Assembly: GCA_049521435.1 (NCBI GenBank)
Contig: JBEKOU010000007.1
Coordinates: forward strand, 63,831 to 127,830
Length of the DNA: 64,000 bases
Direction of reading: 5' to 3'
Source: Candidatus Dormibacteria bacterium
GTDB taxonomy: Bacteria > Chloroflexota > Dormibacteria > Aeolococcales > Aeolococcaceae
Position 1 is the first letter of the stretch. Each line of letters opens with the position of its first letter. Shown in pieces: positions 1-8,775 of this stretch. The position numbers and the translations under genes are program-made. Below the pieces are notes generated by a model, which was not told where the DNA came from, did no database searches, and saw nothing but the letters and a program-made list of their open reading frames with translations.

Positions 1-115
1 GGAGCCGGAACGCGAGGTCGCGGAGCTCCCGATCGTCCCCCCGGGTGCGCCGCTCACGCGGGCGACTCAGCGCGGGGATGCACTGGAGATCGACCCGGAC
101 GAGATCCCCTTCTAG
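1..115 (+). CDS. 3' end of an upstream gene (partial) ending in an SSB-like acidic tail (...EIDPDEIPF*)
   Basis: Frame 2 is open from base 2 to TAG at 113-115, which overlaps the tlyA GTG start. The gene identity cannot be seen in this window. Confidence 0.6.
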   Translation, partial: EPEREVAELPIVPPGAPLTRATQRGDALEIDPDEIPF

Positions 116-891
116 TGACGACGACGGCGCAGCGGCTCGATCTCGTGCTCGTGGAGCGCGGCCTCGCCGCCAGTCGCGAGCGGGCCCAGGCGCTGGTGGC
201 CGCCGGGATGGTCGAGGTTGACGGCCGGCAGGCGCGTAGCGCGGCCCAGCGTGTGGGTGAGGCCGCGGAGCTCCGCATGGTGGGCGAGGCGAGCCCGTGG
301 GCGAGCCGTGCCGGCGAGAAGCTGGTGGCCGCCCTCGACGCCTTCGATGTGGACTGCCGGGGCAGGGTCTGCCTCGACGCCGGCGCCTCGACCGGGGGCT
401 TCACCGACGTGCTGCTCTCCCGGGGAGCGGCTCGCATCTACGCCGTCGACGTCGGCCACGGCCAGCTCCTCACCCGCGTCGCTCGCGACCCACGCGTCTC
501 GATCCTGGACCGGACCAACCTGCGCCACCTCGAGAGCCTCCCGGGTGAGGCGCCGACCCTCATCACCCTCGACCTCTCCTTCATCTCGCTCCGGCTCGTC
601 CTCCCGGCGATCGCCCGGCTGGCGCCCGGGGCCGAGGTGGTCGCCCTCTTCAAGCCCCAGTTCGAGCTGGGGCGGGACGCTGTCTCTCGAGGCGGGATCG
701 TCCGGGATCTGGCGGCGGCGGAGGCCGGCGCGGTGGCCCTTCTCGAATGGTGCGTGAGTGAGCTCGGTGCGTCGGAGCCGGCGGGCCCGCTTCCCGCGCC
801 CATACGCGGCACCCGGGGCAACCAGGAGCTGCTGGTCCGCTTCCGGCTGGCCGGGGCGCCGCCCGAGGGCGGCCATGGAGTGGAGAGATGA
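115..891 (+). CDS. tlyA: TlyA family rRNA 2'-O-methyltransferase (S4 + FtsJ domains)
   Basis: RLDLVLVERGLAASRERAQALV, LDAGASTGGFT, YAVDVGHGQL, DLSFISL, KPQFE, GNQE; lies upstream of nadK-recN. Confidence 0.95.
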   Translation: MTTTAQRLDLVLVERGLAASRERAQALVAAGMVEVDGRQARSAAQRVGEAAELRMVGEASPWASRAGEKLVAALDAFDVDCRGRVCLDAGASTGGFTDVLLSRGAARIYAVDVGHGQLLTRVARDPRVSILDRTNLRHLESLPGEAPTLITLDLSFISLRLVLPAIARLAPGAEVVALFKPQFELGRDAVSRGGIVRDLAAAEAGAVALLEWCVSELGASEPAGPLPAPIRGTRGNQELLVRFRLAGAPPEGGHGVER

Positions 892-1775
892 CCAGAGGCG
901 CCATCGGTTTCCTGCTGCACCCGGGGGAGAGTCCCGAGACCGTGACCGCCGCCACGGAGGCGGCCGTCCGGTGCGGTTACCGGACCTGGACGACCAAGAT
1001 TCGCCCCGTCGAGGACGTCGCCGAGCACGCCGAGGGCACTGAGCTGCTCGTGACCCTCGGGGGCGACGGGACGTTCCTCTTCGGGGCCCGGTTGGCGGCG
1101 CCGCGCGACATCCCCGTTCTCGGCGTCAACCGGGGCCGGCTCGGCTTCCTCACCGACATGGAGCTCGAGGAGCTTCCGGGCGCCATCGAGGCGTTCGCCG
1201 AGGGCCGGACCGTCCGGCAACGGCGGAGCATGCTCGCGTCGGAGATCGTGCCGGGCGAGAGGAGCGACGAGGATGCCACCGGCGAGAGCCGAGTCCTGCT
1301 GGCGCTCAACGACATCGCGATGAAGTCCCCGGAGGTGGTCCTGGTGCGTCTTCGGGTCGAGGCGGATGGCGAGCTCCTCGGGGAGTTCGACGCGGACGGA
1401 GTGATCGTCTCCACCGCCACCGGCTCCACCGGCTATGCGCTGAGCGCCGGGGGGCCTCCCATCGATCCTCGGGTGCGTGCCATCACGGTGGTCCCCCTCG
1501 CTCCGCACGCCGTCATCACCAGACCCATCGTGCTGCCCGAGATCACCGAGGTGGAGGTGACCGTGATGCACGGTCGGGTTCACGTGGCCGCCGACGGTCA
1601 ATACCAGGGCAACCTCACGGCCGGGGGCAGGGTCCGCATCGGCCCGGGGCCCGAGCTGACGGTCATCCGCTGCGCGGACTCCCCCTCGTTCCTTCGCCAG
1701 CTGCGGGACAAGGTCCACTTCGGTCTTCCGCTCAAGCCGGCCGACCGCGCCCCAGGCGGCAGGGAACGGGAGTGA
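888..1775 (+). CDS. nadK: NAD(+) kinase
   Basis: LGGDGT, GVNRGRLGFL, ALND, STATGSTGYALSAGGP motifs. Confidence 0.95.
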   Translation: MTRGAIGFLLHPGESPETVTAATEAAVRCGYRTWTTKIRPVEDVAEHAEGTELLVTLGGDGTFLFGARLAAPRDIPVLGVNRGRLGFLTDMELEELPGAIEAFAEGRTVRQRRSMLASEIVPGERSDEDATGESRVLLALNDIAMKSPEVVLVRLRVEADGELLGEFDADGVIVSTATGSTGYALSAGGPPIDPRVRAITVVPLAPHAVITRPIVLPEITEVEVTVMHGRVHVAADGQYQGNLTAGGRVRIGPGPELTVIRCADSPSFLRQLRDKVHFGLPLKPADRAPGGRERE

Positions 1776-3484
1776 CCCGGCTCCTCGAGCTCCGCCTCCG
1801 CAACTTCGCCCTGGTGCGCGACGCGCGCCTCGACTGCGATCCCGGGTTCGGAGCCCTGAGTGGAGAGACCGGGGCCGGCAAGTCGCTGTGCATCGGGGCT
1901 GTGCGCTGGGCGCTGGGCGCTCGCGTCGAGGGCGAGGCGGTGGGGGAGGGGACCTCGGTCCGAGCCGTCTTTGAGCCGAGCTCGGAGAGCGTCATCCTCC
2001 TCGCGGGGCTCGGGATCCCCGCCGACGACCTGATCACCCTCACCCGCGATGCGGGGAGCTCCGGACGCTCGACGTGCCGGGTCAACGGCGCTCTCGTCTC
2101 CCAGGCGACGCTGCGGGAGCTCGGCGAGCAGCTCGCCGACGTCACGGCGCAGGGTGCGAGCCACCGGCTGCTGCAGCGAGCCTGGCAGCGGAGAGCCCTC
2201 GACGAGTCGGGTGCCGATCCTGTCCTCCAGGCTCGCGCCGCGATGGCGGACGCCCATCGCCGCCTGCGCAGCGCTGAGGCGGCGCTCGCCGCGGGGCGTG
2301 TGGCGAGCCGCAGGACGGCGGCGGAGCTGGCCGAGGCGGAGGCGACCATCGCCCAGCTCGAGCCGCTGCGGCTGCGCGAGGGTGAGGAGGACGAGCTCGG
2401 GGCGGAGCGGTTGCGTCTCCGCCATGCCACCGGCATCGCCAGCGCCGCCACCCTGCTCGCGGAGGCCGTGACCGGCGACGAGGCGGGAGCCGCGGACCTT
2501 CTCGAACGCGCTCTGGTCGGCGTCGAGGCGCTGAGTGGGGTCGATCCGGCCCTGGCCGAGCTGGGCGCCGAGGGGACCGCGCTGGGCGCCGCGCTGCGCG
2601 ATCTCGGCCTCTCCGCCCGGCGCCTGGCTGACCGGGTGGAGGTCGACCCGGTCCGGCTGGAGGCGGTCGAGGAGCGCCTCGACCTGCTGGCCCGGGTCCG
2701 GCGCCGGCACGGCTCGATCCGCGCCGCCCTCTCGGTTCTCGAGGCGGCCGGGAGGATCTGCGACGCCGCCCGCGGTGGAGTGGACATCGCCGCCCTGGAG
2801 GGAGACGCCCGGGCCGCCCAGGCCGCCGCCGCCACGGCAGCGCGCCGGGTGAGCGCCGCCCGGCGCGAGGCGGCCCACGCGCTGGAGCAGGCCGTGGAGC
2901 GGCACCTGGCCGTGCTCGAGCTTCCGGACGCGCGCTTCCGCGTGACCCTCGGCGTGGTCGCCGACGCCGACGGTGTCGATCTGGGTGACGGCCCGCTCCG
3001 CTGCGACGCCGAGGGTGTCGACCAGGTCGAGTTCCGGCTGGCCGCCAATCGCGGCGGGGTGCCGCTGCCCCTCGACGAGGGGCCCTCCGGGGGAGAGCTC
3101 AGCCGGCTGTCCCTGGCGCTCGCCGCCGCCGGAGGAGGGGGCGGCCAGCCGCTGCTGGTCCTCGACGAGGTCGACACGGGTGTGGGCGGCGAGACGGCGG
3201 CGCGGGTCGGCGACCTCCTCGCCGATATCGGCCGGGGCCGCCAGGTCCTCGCGGTCACCCACCGCCCCGAGATCGCCTCCCGCGCCGGCTGGCACCTCCT
3301 GGTCTCCCGACTGGGAGGCGGCGACGCTGTGGAGAGCACGGTGCGCCGGGTCGAGGGCGAGGAGCGGGTGTCGGAGATCGCCCGGATGATGTCGGGGCGC
3401 ACCACCGCGGCCGCGATAGCACGCGCCGGAGAGCTGCTCCGCGAGGGCAATGCCAGCGCCGGAGCCCACCAGGGAGTCGGTTGA
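1772..3484 (+). CDS. recN: DNA repair protein RecN
   Basis: Walker A GETGAGKS, coiled coil, SGGE signature, LDEVDTG Walker B, ERVSEIARM. Confidence 0.93.
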   Translation: MTRLLELRLRNFALVRDARLDCDPGFGALSGETGAGKSLCIGAVRWALGARVEGEAVGEGTSVRAVFEPSSESVILLAGLGIPADDLITLTRDAGSSGRSTCRVNGALVSQATLRELGEQLADVTAQGASHRLLQRAWQRRALDESGADPVLQARAAMADAHRRLRSAEAALAAGRVASRRTAAELAEAEATIAQLEPLRLREGEEDELGAERLRLRHATGIASAATLLAEAVTGDEAGAADLLERALVGVEALSGVDPALAELGAEGTALGAALRDLGLSARRLADRVEVDPVRLEAVEERLDLLARVRRRHGSIRAALSVLEAAGRICDAARGGVDIAALEGDARAAQAAAATAARRVSAARREAAHALEQAVERHLAVLELPDARFRVTLGVVADADGVDLGDGPLRCDAEGVDQVEFRLAANRGGVPLPLDEGPSGGELSRLSLALAAAGGGGGQPLLVLDEVDTGVGGETAARVGDLLADIGRGRQVLAVTHRPEIASRAGWHLLVSRLGGGDAVESTVRRVEGEERVSEIARMMSGRTTAAAIARAGELLREGNASAGAHQGVG

Positions 3485-3538
3485 CGAACGTCCACCAACA
3501 ACCCCGGAGAGCCGGTATCGTCGCCCGTGTGATGGCTG

Positions 3539-5026
3539 ATGTTTGATCCCACAACCGGCGCGGGTCCGAGTCAACCCGCGACTCCTGCGATCGACGATAC
3601 GGCTCGTCTCTACCAGCAGCTCTCAGAGCTGGACTCGGCATATCGGCCAATAGACCAGGCGCAGTCTTGGGAGGGGGTGACCATTGATCCGAGGCGCTGG
3701 GATGGGCTAGTCGAAGCGATCGCGGCGTCGGGGAGAGAAGCGACGAGTGACGACCGTCGGCGCGCCATCGAGGTGGCTATGCGAGCGGCGGCCGTCGACA
3801 CGGGAGCCATCGAGGGGCTCTATGACGTCGACCGCGGGTTCACGTTCAGTGTCGCGACCCAGGCCACCGCATGGCAGGCGGCAGTCCTGGAGAAGGGTGA
3901 GAACGTACGCGAACTCATCGAGGCTCAGCTGAGTGCCTACGAACTGGCCCTGGATGTTGCCACTCGATCAATGCCGGTCACCGAGGCTTGGATAAGGCGC
4001 CTCCATGAGGAGCTTTGCCGACCGCAGCAGAACGTGCGCGTCCTGACCCCGCAAGGATGGCAGCTTCAGACGCTCCTCAAAGGTGAGTATAAGCACCAAT
4101 CCAACCACGTACTGCAGCACGACAACACGTGGTTCGCCTACGCGCCGGTGGCAGATACCCCCGTGGAAATGCACCGCCTAGTCGAGGAACTCTCCGGCTC
4201 CGTCTTCCTTGCGGAGCATCCCGTGGTCCAGGCGGCGTATGCCCACCATGCGTTCAGCAGGATCCACCCCTTCCAGGATGGGAACGGCCGCGTGGCGCGC
4301 GCTCTCGCGTCAGTCTTTCTGTACCAGGCTGCCTCTGTTCCGTTGGTCGTCTTCTCCGACGATACGCCCGAGTATCTTCGGTCTCTGCGCGCGGCCGACG
4401 CAGGCGACCGCCAGACATTCATCGACTTCATTCTCGACCGCGTGAACGACGCCGTACAGATTGTCACCGGCCAGCTCAGCGCCGCCCTTAAGGAACGTGT
4501 CGCCATGCTCGGGAACCTACTTTCGACGCCGAGCGGGCTGGCGCACGTCGAGATCGACCTCGTCGCGGCACGCCTCATCCAGGCCGTCTACGAAGCCGCA
4601 GACGACGAGGTCAAGTCACTGCAGTTGCCTCCAGGTGTCACCCTGTACACCCAGCCCAATGATCCCACCGCGCTGCCTAATCAGCCGGCCGCCCCCGACG
4701 GGTTTCGGCGGATACTTAGACAGTCCAACGTGGGCGTGTATCTCGGTGGGAACGTTCAGGGCGCGGGGCAGGCGAGCGTCGCAGTGGTCATACGCGCCTT
4801 CGTCCGCGCCGATGCACGCCCCACAGGTCTTTTCCGGCTCCTCGCGGACGGAGCCCAACCGCTGGTCGTGAACCTCGCGGATGTCAACCCATCGATGCGG
4901 TCGGCCTTCCAGATGGTGCTCAGGTCTTGGATTCGTCGCGTTCTTGACCATCTGATCGGCGAGATGACGTCCCAGGCTCAGAAGGGGCTGAGAGACGTGG
5001 GCTACCTCGGGCGGACCGAAGAGTAG
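3539..5026 (+). CDS. Fic family AMP-transferase with N-terminal inhibitory motif and C-terminal extension
   Basis: HPFQDGNGRVAR catalytic loop and TGAIEG inhibitory motif; visibly more A/T-rich than its neighbours. Confidence 0.9.
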   Translation: MFDPTTGAGPSQPATPAIDDTARLYQQLSELDSAYRPIDQAQSWEGVTIDPRRWDGLVEAIAASGREATSDDRRRAIEVAMRAAAVDTGAIEGLYDVDRGFTFSVATQATAWQAAVLEKGENVRELIEAQLSAYELALDVATRSMPVTEAWIRRLHEELCRPQQNVRVLTPQGWQLQTLLKGEYKHQSNHVLQHDNTWFAYAPVADTPVEMHRLVEELSGSVFLAEHPVVQAAYAHHAFSRIHPFQDGNGRVARALASVFLYQAASVPLVVFSDDTPEYLRSLRAADAGDRQTFIDFILDRVNDAVQIVTGQLSAALKERVAMLGNLLSTPSGLAHVEIDLVAARLIQAVYEAADDEVKSLQLPPGVTLYTQPNDPTALPNQPAAPDGFRRILRQSNVGVYLGGNVQGAGQASVAVVIRAFVRADARPTGLFRLLADGAQPLVVNLADVNPSMRSAFQMVLRSWIRRVLDHLIGEMTSQAQKGLRDVGYLGRTEE

Positions 5027-5095
5027 GCATCTTGGGCGCGGATGCACCGAGAGGCCTCCTTCGCCCGGCTGGGCGACCACGTACCATGGGCCGCC

Positions 5096-5833
5096 ATGAG
5101 TGAGAGCACGTCCTCCGGCGGCCGCACCGGATGGCCTCACCGCTTTCCCGTGGAGGTCGGTGGGTTCAGCGGCACCCTGGAGGAGCTGGTGCTCGCTGCG
5201 CAGCGCGGCGACGTCGACCTGCGTGACCTCCCGGTCGCTCAGGTGACCACGCAGGTGAGCCGCCAGCTCACCGGGAGCGAGCTGGGTGGGGACCTTCGCG
5301 ACGCAGCCGAGGCATTGTCGCTGCTGGCGCGTCTGCTCTCCATGAAGGCGGTCAAGGTCACCGAGGGCACCGCCGAGCTCGAGGAGGAGGAGGTCGTCGA
5401 GTCCGAGGCGGGGAGGCGCCTCGCCGAGTACCGGCTGTTCCGCGCGGCCATGGAGGCGCTCCTGCTCGAGCCCGCCGAGACGGGCGAGCGCAGCTTCCTC
5501 GGCCTGGTCGCCCCCGAGGTCCTCCCCCTGGAGCGGCTGCGCATCCCCCCCGACCGGCTTGCGGCCGCCTTCCGGCAGGTGCTCGAGCGGCTCCAGGACG
5601 CAGCGGCGCTGCCGGTCGGGATGGTCACCTTCTCGGTCGAGGAGAAGGTCGCATGGCTTGTCGAGCTGCTCGGCCGAGGGCCGGTGGAGTTCGAGGCGAT
5701 CTTCGCCGAGGTGACCACCCGGCTGGAGGCGGTCGCCTGCTTCCTCGCCCTGCTCGAGCTGCTGAAGCGCGGCGTGGCAGTCGTCGACCAGCCCCAGCCC
5801 TTCGGCCCCATCCGGGTGCGGACCAGTGACTGA
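5096..5833 (+). CDS. scpA: Segregation and condensation protein A
   Basis: FSGTLEELV (FxGPLDLL-like), FLALLELLK, QPQPFGPI; adjacent to scpB; ATG 5096 follows TACCAT. Confidence 0.88.
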   Translation: MSESTSSGGRTGWPHRFPVEVGGFSGTLEELVLAAQRGDVDLRDLPVAQVTTQVSRQLTGSELGGDLRDAAEALSLLARLLSMKAVKVTEGTAELEEEEVVESEAGRRLAEYRLFRAAMEALLLEPAETGERSFLGLVAPEVLPLERLRIPPDRLAAAFRQVLERLQDAAALPVGMVTFSVEEKVAWLVELLGRGPVEFEAIFAEVTTRLEAVACFLALLELLKRGVAVVDQPQPFGPIRVRTSD

Positions 5834-6674
5834 GGAGCGAACGTTCAGCGCCGTGCGCGGCGATGGTCCGGCCGAGCCGCCACTGCGCCCGGAGGAGGCG
5901 CTCGGCGAGCCGGAGGATGACCTCGACGTGGAGGCCACGGTCGACCCCGCCCACGAGGACCTCTCACCCGAGGAGGCCCTGGCGAGCCTGCCCCTCGACG
6001 GGGAGGACGACCGCGAGGAGGGCTTCACCCTCGAGCTGGACGAGATCGGCCGCCCCCGGGTGCCGGACTGGGTGGCCGGCAGCGAACCCGAGGACCTGGC
6101 CCTGGCTCTCGAGTCCGTCTGCTTCGTGCTCAACCGTCCCGTGACCGTCAGCGAGCTCTCCGAGATACTCGGACAACCCTCGCAGCGCATCGACAGGGCC
6201 GCCGAGTCGCTGGCCGGCCAGCTCCGCGGTCGCGGGCTGATGCTCCAGCGTCACCGCGACCAGGTGCAGCTGGTGACCCGCCCGGAGACGGCGTGGGCCG
6301 TCCAGCGCGCCCTCAGCCCCGAGCGTCCCGCGCGACTCAGCCGTCCGGCCCTGGAGACGCTCGCCATCGTCGCCTACCGCCAGCCGGTGACCCGCGCCCT
6401 GATCGAATCGATCCGCGGGGTCAACTGCGAGGCGGTGTTGGAGAGCTTGGAACGGCGGGGCTTGATCGCAGAGATCGGCCGTGCGAGCACCCCCGGACAG
6501 CCCCGCCTCTTCGGGACGACGCTGCGCTTCCTGCAGCTGGTCGGGTTGGAGCGTGTCGACCAGCTCCCGCCACTTCCTGGAGACATCGGACTTCCGGAGG
6601 AGCAGGAGCGGGCGTGGTCCGAAGCCCTGGCCGCGCCCTCCGAGGACGAGCCGGCGCCGGCGGACCTGATCTAG
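5826..6674 (+). CDS. scpB: Segregation and condensation protein B with acidic N-terminal extension
   Basis: LSRPALETLAIVAYRQPVTRALIESIRGVN, PRLFGTTLRFL. Confidence 0.93.
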   Translation: MTEERTFSAVRGDGPAEPPLRPEEALGEPEDDLDVEATVDPAHEDLSPEEALASLPLDGEDDREEGFTLELDEIGRPRVPDWVAGSEPEDLALALESVCFVLNRPVTVSELSEILGQPSQRIDRAAESLAGQLRGRGLMLQRHRDQVQLVTRPETAWAVQRALSPERPARLSRPALETLAIVAYRQPVTRALIESIRGVNCEAVLESLERRGLIAEIGRASTPGQPRLFGTTLRFLQLVGLERVDQLPPLPGDIGLPEEQERAWSEALAAPSEDEPAPADLI

Positions 6675-7409
6675 ATGGCGGTCACCCGAGAGCGGCTCAA
6701 TCGGTATCTCGCCCGGCGCGGCGTGGCCTCTCGACGCGGATCGGACAGCCTCATCGAGGCTGGGCGCGTCAGCGTCAACGGGACCCAGGCCGCGCTGGGC
6801 GCCACCGTCGACCCCGGTCGCGATCGAGTCTGGGTCGACGGCAGGCCGGTCGCGGGTGGGCACCGGATCGAGACCCTGATGCTCAACAAGCCGGCCGGGG
6901 TGGTCACGACCGTCCGCGATCCTCATCGCCGGCCGACCGTGATGGATCTGCTCCCCGAGCGAGTGCCCGGGCTGGTGCCGGTCGGGCGGCTCGACGCCGA
7001 CAGCCGCGGGCTGCTCCTGCTCAGCTCGGACGGAGACCTGGCCCACCGGCTCACCCACCCCCGCTACGGGGTGTCCAAGCGCTACCGCGTGGTCCTCGGG
7101 CGCGGCCTGAGCGATGCCGACATCGAGCGCTTGCTGGAGGGCGTGGAGCTGGAGGACGGGCTGGCTCGCCCGCTCGACGTCCGGCGGCCGCGCGCGGAGC
7201 GGGCAGACCTGATCGAGGTGACCATGGGCGAGGGGCGCAAGCGGGAGATCCGGCGCCTCTGCGCGGCCCTGGACGCTGCGGTGCTGGACCTGGTCAGGAT
7301 CGGCCTCGGCCCTCTCAAGCTTGGCCATCTGGCGGAGGGCCGGGTCCGGCTCCTGACCCCCGCCGAGCTCGGGGCGCTCTACACGGCGGTGGGGATGACG
7401 CCACCATGA
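6675..7409 (+). CDS. rluB: 23S rRNA pseudouridine synthase (RluB/RsuA family)
   Basis: S4 domain ERLNRYLARRGVASRR, LNKPAG, GRLDADSRGLLL, EGRKREIRR; scpAB-rluB-cmk synteny. Confidence 0.88.
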   Translation: MAVTRERLNRYLARRGVASRRGSDSLIEAGRVSVNGTQAALGATVDPGRDRVWVDGRPVAGGHRIETLMLNKPAGVVTTVRDPHRRPTVMDLLPERVPGLVPVGRLDADSRGLLLLSSDGDLAHRLTHPRYGVSKRYRVVLGRGLSDADIERLLEGVELEDGLARPLDVRRPRAERADLIEVTMGEGRKREIRRLCAALDAAVLDLVRIGLGPLKLGHLAEGRVRLLTPAELGALYTAVGMTPP

Positions 7410-8068
7410 GCCGGCCCGTCATCACCGTCGACGGGCCGGCGGGGAGCGGCAAGACCACTCTCGGACGCCGGCTGGCCCTGGCCCTCGGCCTCCCCTTCAT
7501 CGACACCGGCCTCTTCTATCGCGCCGTCATCGTGGCCGCGAACCGGGCCGGCCTCGGAGCCGGCGACCTCGGTCGCATCGCCCTTCTGGCGAGCCGCGTG
7601 GCCATCGAGGTCAACACCGCGCCCGACGACGACAGCTGGGAGGTGCGGGTGGACGGGATCGACCCCGGGGTCGAGATCCGCGATCCACGGCACGCGGCGC
7701 TCCTCACCGCGGTCAGCCAGCTCCCCGACGTTCGTCGCCATCTCCTCCCCCTGCAGCGCGCGCCCGCCGCCCGAGGGGCGGTCGCGGTGGGGCGGGACTG
7801 CGGCACCGTGGTCTTCCCGGAGGCCGCCGTCAAGCTCTATCTGCAGGCGAAGGCGTCGCTTCGCGCCGCCCGGCGCGCGGCGCAGCTCGAGCGGGAGGGG
7901 GCGTCCGTCGACCCCGACACGCTCGCGGTCGAGATCTCGGGGCGGGACAGCGGCGATGCCCCGGCGATGGGCGCGGCTCCCGACGCGGTGGTGATCGACA
8001 CCGGGACCCACGGCATCGACGAGATGGTGGAGCTGGCTCTGCGCCTCTGCCGAGCGGCCGGCCTGTGA
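7406..8068 (+). CDS. cmk: Cytidylate kinase
   Basis: ITVDGPAGSGKTT, IDTGLFYRA, GRDCGTVVFPEA; ATG 7406 overlaps the rluB stop. Confidence 0.93.
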   Translation: MSRPVITVDGPAGSGKTTLGRRLALALGLPFIDTGLFYRAVIVAANRAGLGAGDLGRIALLASRVAIEVNTAPDDDSWEVRVDGIDPGVEIRDPRHAALLTAVSQLPDVRRHLLPLQRAPAARGAVAVGRDCGTVVFPEAAVKLYLQAKASLRAARRAAQLEREGASVDPDTLAVEISGRDSGDAPAMGAAPDAVVIDTGTHGIDEMVELALRLCRAAGL

Positions 8069-8775
8069 CCCGCACCCACCTCTCGCCCGCAGGGCTCGAT
8101 CTCAACTACCGATGGATGACGGCGGTGGCGCGCCTCGTCTGCCGCGTGGTCATCGGTGATCTTCTCGACATCGCCGGCACCGAGAGGGTCCCTCCACGAG
8201 GCGGCCTGCTGGTGGTCTGCAACCACGTGGGCGGTGCGGACCCACCCGTCACCGGCGCCTACATGCCCCGCCGGGACGTCTACTTCATGGCCAAGAGCGA
8301 CTACTTTCGCTCCCCGATCAGCCGCTTCTTCATCGTCGGCTACCACGCCTTCCCGGTCGTGCGCGGCACCGCGGATCGGGCGGCGCTCCGCCAGGCGGTG
8401 GGACTGATGCGACAGGGGCATGCCGTGGTCGTCTATCCAGAGGGGCACCGCAGCCCGGACGGGGTGCTGCAGCGGCCCCACCCGGGCGCCGGGTTCCTGG
8501 CCCGGGCGGCGGGGGTGCCGATCCTCCCGGTGGGGATCTGGGGCACCGAGCGTGCCCTGCCACTCGGTTCCATCCGACCCCGCCACGCGCCGGTCCACCT
8601 CCGATTCGGACGCGCCGCGCCACTCCCCCCGGAGAACCCCGAAGGCCCGCGCCGGTCCAACCAGGAGGTCTCGGACCTGCTGATGGAGCGGATCGCGGAG
8701 GTCCTTCCGCTCTCACGCCGCGGCATCTTCGACGGGACGACGGACTACCGGGCCGTGCCTCCGCCCACCGCCTGA
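8065..8775 (+). CDS. plsC: 1-acyl-sn-glycerol-3-phosphate acyltransferase
   Basis: NHxxxxD (NHVGGAD), FMAK, YPEGHRS. Confidence 0.88.
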   Translation: MTRTHLSPAGLDLNYRWMTAVARLVCRVVIGDLLDIAGTERVPPRGGLLVVCNHVGGADPPVTGAYMPRRDVYFMAKSDYFRSPISRFFIVGYHAFPVVRGTADRAALRQAVGLMRQGHAVVVYPEGHRSPDGVLQRPHPGAGFLARAAGVPILPVGIWGTERALPLGSIRPRHAPVHLRFGRAAPLPPENPEGPRRSNQEVSDLLMERIAEVLPLSRRGIFDGTTDYRAVPPPTA

